The translations under genes and the position numbers were made by a program. The notes beneath the pieces were generated by a model. The model saw only the letters and a list, made by a program, of their open reading frames with translations. It was not told where the DNA came from and searched no databases. A stretch of 64,000 nt of DNA, taken from NCBI GenBank assembly GCA_029559475.1, contig JAKQBN010000055.1, positions 7,089 through 71,088 of the forward strand, in the 5' to 3' direction. Positions 40,180-48,556 of the stretch are shown in pieces (the first letter of the stretch is position 1; every line of letters starts with the position of its first letter). The stretch comes from a bacterium. Lineage in GTDB: Bacteria > UBA4055.

Positions 40180-40731
40180 TCATTTTTCAAGAAATTGAAT
40201 AGCTTTATATATATTTGAGTATGATCCTCCTTTAAGTTCTAATTCTGAAGCGTATTGAACGGCTTTATACTGTCCTGAAATTAATTTTTCAACCCACTCT
40301 CTATTTTTTAGAAATTTCTCAGTTTTATCATAGCTCTCAATATATTTCAGTAACTCTTTTTTCAATTCGCCATAACTAGAGTATCGCTTATTGCGCTGAA
40401 CAAAATGGATAAGGAACCAGAATTCTATTGAAGGCAGGCTGTCGCAAATCAGCACGTTTTTATTGTCTTTGTATCTTTTTCTAAACTTTTCCAGTTTATC
40501 CTTCTCAACGTCATTTCTTTGTGATACATCAGCATCGAATACGCATATCGCTACAGCATCGGCTTCTAAAATTTCCTTTACTTTTTTCTCTATCTTCGAG
40601 ATGCAGGTATTACTGTCGCAAAATCTTGGACTCACACTATATTTATAATCTTTAAGAATTTTCAGGTGTTTAAAGTAATATTTTTCTGTTACACCTTCTC
40701 CGATTATATGTATTGCTTGCTTTAATTTCAT
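40180..40731 (-). CDS. RloB/AbiLii-like protein
   Basis: The N-terminal IHIIGEGVTEKYYFKHLK matches the RloB signature (cEGe.TE..Yf). It sits 7 nt downstream of the ATPase partner. Confidence 0.75.
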   Translation of the reverse strand: MKLKQAIHIIGEGVTEKYYFKHLKILKDYKYSVSPRFCDSNTCISKIEKKVKEILEADAVAICVFDADVSQRNDVEKDKLEKFRKRYKDNKNVLICDSLPSIEFWFLIHFVQRNKRYSSYGELKKELLKYIESYDKTEKFLKNREWVEKLISGQYKAVQYASELELKGGSYSNIYKAIQFLEK

Positions 40732-40738
40732 TATAATC

Positions 40739-42034
40739 TTAATCTATATTAGGCACTGCTCCGAATTTTCCGTATTTATATGCTTTCTGCAGAGATGAGA
40801 TTCTGTTAAGACCGTTGAAACCTGTAAGGGGATAAAGCTTTGTCGAGCCGTCTTCTCTTTTTTCCGTGAACCAGAAATTATCCTTTCTAAGAAGATCTGT
40901 TTCGTCGAATAAATTGTCATAGTGAGTCGCAACAAGCACCTGAGCTTGGTCTGAATTACGTAGAAAATGCTCAAGAACATATTCAATAAGCCTTGGATGC
41001 AGCTTTGATTCTATCTCATCTATCGTAATGAATGCGTTATCCTCAATCGATTTAATAATTGCTCCGAACAAACCGAATATTCTTTTTGTACCCTCTGATT
41101 GCCATTCTATAGGCAGTCCGTAAATTTCTTTTCTACCATCGCTGACGACAGTATGCTTGAATTCAGTTACAGGATATTTAAAACTCTTATCTTTTTTTAA
41201 ATCTTCAATAACAGATGCGCGAATACTTAAAAAATTACCTATTGTCTGAGCCTGTTTTATAAAATCATCATCAACACTCTGAACGAATTCTTTGACATTT
41301 ATATCAGAAATATTAAAATCAGCCTCTTTCAGGCACTCAAGCATTTTTAATTTATGGCTAGGGTTTGTTTTAATTAATTCCTCTGAAAAATGCTGTAAAG
41401 GATCGTTAGGCACGATTGAATTGAAAACATGATCAAATAGCCATTTTGTAACATCGCTCAAGCCGTTCAGATAAGCATTTATCTTTCTCAATGCCGCCAG
41501 GACAGACATATTTTTCAAACATTTTACATTTAGTTCATCTTGAGTGATCTTGCTGATATTGTTTTTTCCTTTAAAAACTATTTTGGAAACGTCCGACTTC
41601 TCGTCATAATTTCTTTCAAAAAGAGTAGCAGGCTGAGTACCCGGATACATATCAAGCTTTTCATAAAGGACAGCTTTCTGATCGACCTCTAAATAATAAA
41701 CATATTTGATCCCATCTTTATAAAAAACAAGCTTAAACACGCTCGGGTGGTTTCTGCTTGTTTTATCGAGAAGAAAAGGTATTGCATTGGTGCCGGAATA
41801 CTTATTGTCGGTTCCTATAAACCAGAAATTTATAAGGAACTGAAAAGCAGCTATAAGATTAGACTTTCCGGACGCATTGGAACCATATAAAATGCCCAAC
41901 TTTAACAGGCGGACCCCTTTTGCGGCCTCTACAACATGATGATCTTCAAAAGTCCTGTCTTTCGAAGCTTCGAAAGAATATGTAACTTCATCTCTGAACG
42001 AGAGAAAATTCTTGATTGTAAGTGAATGTATCAT
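40739..42034 (-). CDS. AAA_21/ABC-type ATPase, AbiLi-like partner of RloB
   Basis: Walker A YGSNASGKSN, Walker B/D-loop FITIDEIESKLHP. Confidence 0.8.
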   Translation of the reverse strand: MIHSLTIKNFLSFRDEVTYSFEASKDRTFEDHHVVEAAKGVRLLKLGILYGSNASGKSNLIAAFQFLINFWFIGTDNKYSGTNAIPFLLDKTSRNHPSVFKLVFYKDGIKYVYYLEVDQKAVLYEKLDMYPGTQPATLFERNYDEKSDVSKIVFKGKNNISKITQDELNVKCLKNMSVLAALRKINAYLNGLSDVTKWLFDHVFNSIVPNDPLQHFSEELIKTNPSHKLKMLECLKEADFNISDINVKEFVQSVDDDFIKQAQTIGNFLSIRASVIEDLKKDKSFKYPVTEFKHTVVSDGRKEIYGLPIEWQSEGTKRIFGLFGAIIKSIEDNAFITIDEIESKLHPRLIEYVLEHFLRNSDQAQVLVATHYDNLFDETDLLRKDNFWFTEKREDGSTKLYPLTGFNGLNRISSLQKAYKYGKFGAVPNID

Positions 42035-42371
42035 TTTTCCGGTTCCGGCAGATTAAACATTGTCAGAAATGTAAAACAAAACACTTAATTTGTCAAGTGA
42101 GTTTATGAAAATAGCAGAAAAATTGCAAAAACATAAAATAAGGTTGTTGTATAAATATAATTATCCTATTTGTTGTGTTAACTTTAAAAAATTACTAACT
42201 TATCTATACGCCAATAATATTTTTTCTAATTTCATAATATAATTTTAATTTAAAAATTACTTTGGATTATTATTATTAATGGGATAGATTTAGTTTATAT
42301 TTGTATCGTAAAGTGAAAAGTCAGGGAACTACGGGAGAGTCCAAATGAGTGAGCCTGTAAACGAAAGAAAC

Positions 42372-42439
42372 ATTGTCGTATCGACAAAACGACAATTAAC
42401 AATAATGCAAGGTTAGATGCATGGAAAAAGATTCCATGC
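42372..42439 (+). other. two hairpins in the leader of the DUF5131 gene
   Basis: attgtcg (42372-78) / cgacaat (42390-96) with an 11-nt loop. gcatgga (42419-25) / tccatgc (42433-39) with a 7-nt loop. The second ends 36 nt before ATG 42475. Confidence 0.4.
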
Positions 42440-42474
42440 GAGTAAATCTGTAATTAGAGAAAAGTAAAACGCAA

Positions 42475-43209
42475 ATGGCAACGACTAAGATAGAATGGAC
42501 AGAATCAACATGGAATCCGATCACCGGATGCACAAAATTATCCGCAGGCTGCAAATTCTGTTATGCCGAAGTAATGGCGAGAAGGCTCAAAGCTATGGGA
42601 CAGCCGAAATACAAAGACGGTTTCAAGCTTACGCTCCATCCCGACACGCTGACAGAACCTTACACTTGGAAGAAGCCTAAAATGATCTTCGTGAACTCAA
42701 TGAGCGATCTCTTCCATAAAGATGTCCCCGTTGATTACATACAAAAAATATTCAAAGTCATCAAAGACAATCCTCAGCATGTATTTCAGATACTAACAAA
42801 AAGAGCCGACATATTAAGATACTACGACAGTGAAGGCTGGCTTGACTGGCCGCATAACCTTTGGATGGGCGTGACAGTGGAAGATTCAACCGTAACATCA
42901 AGAATTGACTGCCTGAGAAAAACAAAAGCAAGAGTAAAATTCCTCTCCTGCGAACCGCTCCTAAGCTCATTACCCGAACTCAACCTACAAGCAATAGACT
43001 GGGTCATCGTAGGCGGAGAAAGCGGAAGAACACCGCGCCCGATCAAAGAAGAATGGATAATCGAAATAAAAGAACAATGTGAAAAAGCCGGAACAGCATT
43101 CTACTTTAAACAGTGGGGCGGCACCAACAAAAAAGAAGCAGGCAGGCTGTTACAAGGCAAAAGGTACGATCAAATGCCTGAAATGGTCGAGCAAGAAACT
43201 CTAATATAA
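42475..43209 (+). CDS. DUF5131 (phage Gp37/Gp68) family protein
   Basis: MATTKIEWTESTWNPITGCTKLSAGCKFCYA, with three Cys, is the family N-terminus. Also GGESG...FFKQWG. Confidence 0.85.
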   Translation: MATTKIEWTESTWNPITGCTKLSAGCKFCYAEVMARRLKAMGQPKYKDGFKLTLHPDTLTEPYTWKKPKMIFVNSMSDLFHKDVPVDYIQKIFKVIKDNPQHVFQILTKRADILRYYDSEGWLDWPHNLWMGVTVEDSTVTSRIDCLRKTKARVKFLSCEPLLSSLPELNLQAIDWVIVGGESGRTPRPIKEEWIIEIKEQCEKAGTAFYFKQWGGTNKKEAGRLLQGKRYDQMPEMVEQETLI

Positions 43210-43234
43210 AACTTTTTGTTACGAATAAATCTTA
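43210..43234 (+). repeat. junction repeat M3 (aactttttgttacgaataaatctta)
   Basis: Starts right after the DUF5131 stop. Shares acttttt + acgaataaat with M1/M2 at the same spacing (one T fewer). Confidence 0.6.
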
Positions 43235-43279
43235 TGCTGTCCGGTCAGTAGACTATCTTTTCTTTACTTCAAATGCGTT

Positions 43280-44647
43280 CTAATTCTTAAATATTTTATC
43301 GTATTTTGTGTAATCGAAATTTGGTCCTAGAATTTTACTTGATTTATCTTTTAATTGTTTTGTTATACGATATATTTCATTGTTGTTATAGAATTCCCCA
43401 TTCTCATTGATTAACTTAAATAATAACTCAAAATCACTATTGTCAAAATCGTTTAAAATTTTGCTAATGATATTATCATACGTGCTTAAAGCAGAATAAT
43501 AAGTAAACGATTTTCCACAATAATTTATCAAGAATGTCTTAACTTGAATTTGAGATAAAACAATTTTTGATCTATTATAAAGCTGCATCAGAGCATCTTC
43601 CTGTATACAGTCGTATAGATTTACATTTACATAGCCATTAGGCTCAATAAGTATTTTATCATGTATTTCTTCGATTTTAGATATATGCGCCTCAATGCTA
43701 TTACTTAGAAAATATGCTACTGTAAATAAAGAAATATTTTTGTTAGCTTCGATTTGTATATAATTTTTTACTGTCGAATCTAGGACATTATATATTTCTG
43801 GATATTTGCTAATATATGATGTAAGAGCAGTAATTCGAGAACTACCTTGATTTATAGCCTTATCGTTTATGCTACAAGAAAAATTACTGGGTTTAATATT
43901 GTTGAATTTTTGTGAATTTTGCTTGATTAAATTTATAAAATCTTCAAGATGTTTTTCTGTAAGTGTCTTAATACAAAATACATTCAGATAACGGTTTTTT
44001 TCGCATTCAGAATTATCAAGAATAAATGTAAGTTTCCATAAAGATTCGAATAGTTTTTCTCTCACTGGTTTGTTAATTCTCGAGTAGTATCGTACATTTA
44101 GGAAATCTTCTAATCCCTCAGTACGGACTCTTTCAAAATAATCTGTAGTATTTTTTAAAAATTCATCAATTATCTTTTTACATAATAACGCTTCTTTCTC
44201 AAAGACAATTTCAAACATATTTCTCATGTGGTTTCTAACATTTTCCGGTGTCGGATTTATTAATCTATTTCCATTGTCAATTAATGGATGAGCAGCTATG
44301 TTTCGTTCTTTAACAAGTTCATTTATTCTATGAAATTCTACATCATTAATTAATTCAGTACTATCTTTTATTTCTTGTAACAATGTTTTTTCCCAGTCTG
44401 AAGATGTAGGTTTTAGCTTTTGTTCGTTCTTGATTTTATCAATTATTCTTTTTGCGTTATTATCAGAATATATTTCATCGAGCAAAATCAATTTGTTCAT
44501 TAAATCATAGACTACTACTGAATACAAAACGACTATTGCAGAACGATAATTACCGTTATGATAACTTGATAAGACTTCTTTTAAGTATTCTTTAGTTTGT
44601 ATGTTTGGAATTTTCTTTATCTCATCTTCAATAATAAATTCATCCAT
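43280..44647 (-). CDS. HEPN-like (Rx4H) N-terminal domain protein with unknown C-terminal region
   Basis: Helical N-terminus (NYRSAIVVLYSVVVYDLMNKL) followed by VKERNIAAHP (R-x4-H). aaggtg RBS. Last gene of the six-gene operon. Confidence 0.5.
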   Translation of the reverse strand: MDEFIIEDEIKKIPNIQTKEYLKEVLSSYHNGNYRSAIVVLYSVVVYDLMNKLILLDEIYSDNNAKRIIDKIKNEQKLKPTSSDWEKTLLQEIKDSTELINDVEFHRINELVKERNIAAHPLIDNGNRLINPTPENVRNHMRNMFEIVFEKEALLCKKIIDEFLKNTTDYFERVRTEGLEDFLNVRYYSRINKPVREKLFESLWKLTFILDNSECEKNRYLNVFCIKTLTEKHLEDFINLIKQNSQKFNNIKPSNFSCSINDKAINQGSSRITALTSYISKYPEIYNVLDSTVKNYIQIEANKNISLFTVAYFLSNSIEAHISKIEEIHDKILIEPNGYVNVNLYDCIQEDALMQLYNRSKIVLSQIQVKTFLINYCGKSFTYYSALSTYDNIISKILNDFDNSDFELLFKLINENGEFYNNNEIYRITKQLKDKSSKILGPNFDYTKYDKIFKN

Positions 44648-44679
44648 TCTTCACCTTCTTTTTTTTATTACAATATTAT

Positions 44680-45639
44680 TTAAGAAAATTTATTTAAAAG
44701 AGTTAAAATCTTTTTAATTTCATATTTTATTTCAGGGCTATCATTGATAGAATCAGCGAATTCAGAATCAGTAATGAGCTCTCGAAATGCTCTCATCTTT
44801 TTATAGATACTATCTATTTTTCCAGTATCTTTAACCTGTTCGAAACCATTATAAATATCTTTTTGCCCCGATGCTATCTCAGCGAGAACTTTTTTCGCTT
44901 TTTTATCAGGACACTTAGCTATTTCACCTACCTTTCTGATGTCAGAAGCCTGTTGTATTTCTTTGTTTTTTATTTGCAAAACGAGAGTATTAACTAATTC
45001 AGGATGAGATTTGGTTGCATTATTTATAGATTTGTTCTTGAGCAACTCGTCATAATAACTCCAATTTGTCGGTTCCAAGTCTTTAGTCTCAATCATAAAA
45101 GAGAAGACTTTTAAATATCTTTGAGCATCTCCTTTTTTTATACCTAACTCTTTAGCCATTATGTCAACAGATAGCTTTGATTCTTTACTTCGTCTGTACA
45201 AATATCCAGCCTGCTCGTATGGACTCCAGTCTTTTCTTCCTATAATGTGATATTGCCCAAGAAGAGTAAAAATAGATGATTCATCAATGTCTGAAGGTAA
45301 AATTAAACATTTAACTTTACCCCATGAAATAGGATCTTTTTGACATAAAATTCGATATGCCGCTAATCGGCTATTTCCTTCAAGTACAACTAAATCACCA
45401 TCACGCACAATTAAAGGATCAATTAGACCGCCATTACTTTCAATGGAAAGCCTAAGTTGCTTCACATGCTCCATCGAAATCATCAATTTTTCAATGTTAC
45501 TTTGATCGGGCTTGATGTCATCAGAAACTCTTAGGGCACTATAGACTCGAGGATTATCGACATAGAACTTAAGAGAAGCTTGGAGGATTTCCTCTTCTTT
45601 TACTTGAAACTCTTTTTTGCCAATTGTCAATGTATTCAT
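44680..45639 (-). CDS. ParB/Srx-fold N-terminal domain protein (paralogue 2)
   Basis: DNPR, NGGLIDPLIVRDGDLVVLEGNSRLAAY, GRKDWSPYEQAGYLY. Its start overlaps the SNF2 stop (ATGA). Confidence 0.7.
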   Translation of the reverse strand: MNTLTIGKKEFQVKEEEILQASLKFYVDNPRVYSALRVSDDIKPDQSNIEKLMISMEHVKQLRLSIESNGGLIDPLIVRDGDLVVLEGNSRLAAYRILCQKDPISWGKVKCLILPSDIDESSIFTLLGQYHIIGRKDWSPYEQAGYLYRRSKESKLSVDIMAKELGIKKGDAQRYLKVFSFMIETKDLEPTNWSYYDELLKNKSINNATKSHPELVNTLVLQIKNKEIQQASDIRKVGEIAKCPDKKAKKVLAEIASGQKDIYNGFEQVKDTGKIDSIYKKMRAFRELITDSEFADSINDSPEIKYEIKKILTLLNKFS

Positions 45640-47120
45640 GTTTCACTCTCACTATTTTCATTTAAAATATCTTTAACAAGCTCACCAAAACTATAATCCG
45701 CAACATTTTGGTATTTCTTCAAAACATAATCTCCTTGAGCTAAAAAAGCTGCATTCTGTTTGGCTTTGAGTAAAAGGTCAATCCAAATGTCAATACTATC
45801 TTTAACCATCAAATTATAGATGTTGCAAGTTTTTGTTTGTGAAATACGATGAATTCTATCTTGTGCCTGCAAATAATCATCAAGATTAAAACCGCGATCG
45901 TAAAAAATGACATTGTTCGCAACTGTCAGTGTAAGTCCTTCTTTCGCGGATTGAGGCGTAGCAAATAATACTTTAGCATCTCCATTTTTAAACTCACGTA
46001 CAGAATGTATTCTTTCTTCAATTTTCATTTTTCCGGTAATTTTTACTGCATTAAGGTACTTATACTTTTTACAGAAATGATCAACATTGTCAATAAAAAT
46101 TGACCAAACTATAATCTTTTCATCTCTATTGATTATTTCTTTGATTAATTCATCTAGTTTAGCTTCCTTACCTGAAAAACAGCAGTATAAGTCATCTAAT
46201 AATCTAGGATTTGATGTAATCTGTACCAGTCTTAACAATCTTTTTATTGAATCAGAAGATTCATCAAGTATAGCCACATCATCCCGTTGCAATAATAGTT
46301 GCATCTCTGTTCTAACTTTATCATACATCATGTATTGGGTCTTTTCAAAATCGACAAACACATCATAATACACTTTGTTTGGAAGTGTTATAATTCCGCT
46401 GCTCTTAGTCTCACGTACAGTAAAATCTTTAATTCTCGTAAAAATATTAGATACAGATGATTCAAACACATCTCTTTTTACTTTGTTATTGGACAAATCA
46501 TTAGTAAGATTTGTTGTCGATTTGAACTCAGAGAAATTAGTTCCCAGGCTCTTCCCGTTATCGAGGAAATAAATCTGAGCCCAAATATCATATGGTCTAT
46601 TAGCCACAGGTGTGCCTGTCATTATAACCCGAATCTTAAATAAACTAGAAATCTCGAAAAAATCTTGTGTTAGTCTAGAATCGGGATTTTTTAGTTTCGT
46701 AGATTCATCGATAATAATGGCAACATTCCTAGTCTTTAGAAAAAGCTTGAATCTCACTAACTCACCAGATATAGTTTCAAAATTCGTAATTATTACTCTA
46801 GTAGCGCTATTAAATACATAGTAATTTTCTGTCCGTTTACTTGTTAGGATTCTAGGTGTAATATTAGTATGTATTTCAAACTCGCCACGCCAATTTTCAA
46901 CTAATTGCTTTTTTGTGACAATAAGTACGGTATCAATTTCCAAAAATTCTAACCAATATAAAAGAAGATCAATTGCTATTTTCGTTTTACCTAGTCCTTG
47001 CTCATGAAAGATTGCTGCATATGGCAAATTTTTCATTGCTTCAAAAGCTTCGTATTGATATGGGAATGCATTTAGCTTCGCTGTTAGATTTTGTCCGGGT
47101 AAATTGATTATTTTTCTCAT
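45636..47120 (-). CDS. compact SNF2-family helicase/translocase
   Basis: Motif I HEQGLGKT, motif II IIDESTKLKN, motif VI QAQDRIHRISQTK. 494 aa with no accessory domains. Confidence 0.9.
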   Translation of the reverse strand: MRKIINLPGQNLTAKLNAFPYQYEAFEAMKNLPYAAIFHEQGLGKTKIAIDLLLYWLEFLEIDTVLIVTKKQLVENWRGEFEIHTNITPRILTSKRTENYYVFNSATRVIITNFETISGELVRFKLFLKTRNVAIIIDESTKLKNPDSRLTQDFFEISSLFKIRVIMTGTPVANRPYDIWAQIYFLDNGKSLGTNFSEFKSTTNLTNDLSNNKVKRDVFESSVSNIFTRIKDFTVRETKSSGIITLPNKVYYDVFVDFEKTQYMMYDKVRTEMQLLLQRDDVAILDESSDSIKRLLRLVQITSNPRLLDDLYCCFSGKEAKLDELIKEIINRDEKIIVWSIFIDNVDHFCKKYKYLNAVKITGKMKIEERIHSVREFKNGDAKVLFATPQSAKEGLTLTVANNVIFYDRGFNLDDYLQAQDRIHRISQTKTCNIYNLMVKDSIDIWIDLLLKAKQNAAFLAQGDYVLKKYQNVADYSFGELVKDILNENSESET

Positions 47121-47530
47121 ACGATACTTACGCTCCCGATGTCGTTTAAAATATGAAGCTTGACCGATGAATTTTGTTCCGCTTTGATTCTTTTAGCCAT
47201 GTTTTTTATTCTTGCGTATGAATAAATTGATGTACAAATAATAATATGGCTTTCTTCATCAAATAATGAGGCTTCTCTAATATATGATCTATACTGTTCA
47301 ATACTGTGTTTACGGTCAATATCATTCTCAGTTTTAGCTTCTCCAATTATCAAACGACGAGTATCTTTGTAATATAGGTCAGGTATAAAATTACCAATCG
47401 TTCTTTCTGGTCTTCTGTTACTATCGGGTAAATCTACTAGCACAAGTGCCCTTGCGTCGAAAGGTAATAATAAAAATACATAATTAGCAATTTGGCGAAC
47501 ATAATTTATATGTTCAATAGATTCAGCCAT
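47117..47530 (-). CDS. small PD-(D/E)xK-like nuclease-fold protein
   Basis: FIPDLYYKDTRRLIIGEAKT gives D...ExK with 14-residue spacing. 137 aa. Its stop overlaps the SNF2 start (ATGA). Confidence 0.5.
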   Translation of the reverse strand: MAESIEHINYVRQIANYVFLLLPFDARALVLVDLPDSNRRPERTIGNFIPDLYYKDTRRLIIGEAKTENDIDRKHSIEQYRSYIREASLFDEESHIIICTSIYSYARIKNMAKRIKAEQNSSVKLHILNDIGSVSIV

Positions 47531-47534
47531 AAAA

Positions 47535-48545
47535 TTAATCTTCAGGTTGTATGTCTTTCAATATTTCTTGGAGACCTTCAAAAATATCAAGGAGCATTGT
47601 TTTCTTTTTTTCGTATTCGGGATCACTACCTAAATTTTTTACTTCTTTGTATTCTAGCCTGTTAAGCGCTTCTAAGAATTTTGTACCAAGAACATCATAT
47701 GTAAACTTATCTAGCTCATTATGTGTATTCTCAGTTATAGCTATCTTTTTTACAGCTTCTGAGATATTTCTTCTTAAAAAAACTTTTAACGCTTCTGGTT
47801 CCTTCAGTACTGCGGGTAATTGACGCACATTTTGCGCTGTATCGATGTTATCATCGACAACCCATTTTGCAAAATCATTTTTTGTAAAACCTTTATTGGT
47901 TAGTGCATAAGTTATTGTTGACCGTTGAAGCTCAACAAATTTTGAAAATTCTCTTATATCAAAATCATCACCTTTTTCTTTTACTGCTTTGGCATAATAT
48001 ACTTGCATGTCGCGGTATGCACTTATAAGCTTATTTATTTCTGAAGTATTACCACCGCACATGGATATGATATTTGCCATTGGCAAGCGTTCAATTTCAC
48101 TCAGTTGATGTAGATATTTAGCTTTTGAATACGGATCCCAATCACGAGGACCAACTAAATGTGACTGTAATCTAATGGAATGTTTTTCTGAGTCAGTTAA
48201 GCATTCGTAAATAATGGAACTGATTTTACTCCAAGGGCCTGTTGGATTTAACGCTAGAAATTCTTTATAAATTTGAAGTCTCGTATTCCCTTCGATTACG
48301 ATTAAACGTCCATCCGGTTCTTTACTGACTATAATTGGATGAATAATTCCTCCACTGACCTTAATAGACTCCTTTAGAGTATTATAAGATGTAGATGAAT
48401 CACCGTTACCTGGGTTTGTTAATGCAAGTGCAATAGCTTCACTTGTTATTTCACCCGGATAAATCTCAAGATATTGCTTGATTCTTGGATTGTCGAGGTC
48501 AAGATGAATTTCGCTAATGTCCAATTCAATGTATTTAGGTTCCAT
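47535..48545 (-). CDS. ParB/Srx-fold N-terminal domain protein (paralogue 1)
   Basis: LDLDNPR, SGGIIHPIIVSKEPDGRLIVIEGNTRLQIY, GPRDWDPYSKAKYLH. agaggg RBS. Confidence 0.7.
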   Translation of the reverse strand: MEPKYIELDISEIHLDLDNPRIKQYLEIYPGEITSEAIALALTNPGNGDSSTSYNTLKESIKVSGGIIHPIIVSKEPDGRLIVIEGNTRLQIYKEFLALNPTGPWSKISSIIYECLTDSEKHSIRLQSHLVGPRDWDPYSKAKYLHQLSEIERLPMANIISMCGGNTSEINKLISAYRDMQVYYAKAVKEKGDDFDIREFSKFVELQRSTITYALTNKGFTKNDFAKWVVDDNIDTAQNVRQLPAVLKEPEALKVFLRRNISEAVKKIAITENTHNELDKFTYDVLGTKFLEALNRLEYKEVKNLGSDPEYEKKKTMLLDIFEGLQEILKDIQPED

Positions 48546-48556
48546 ATTTTACCCTC

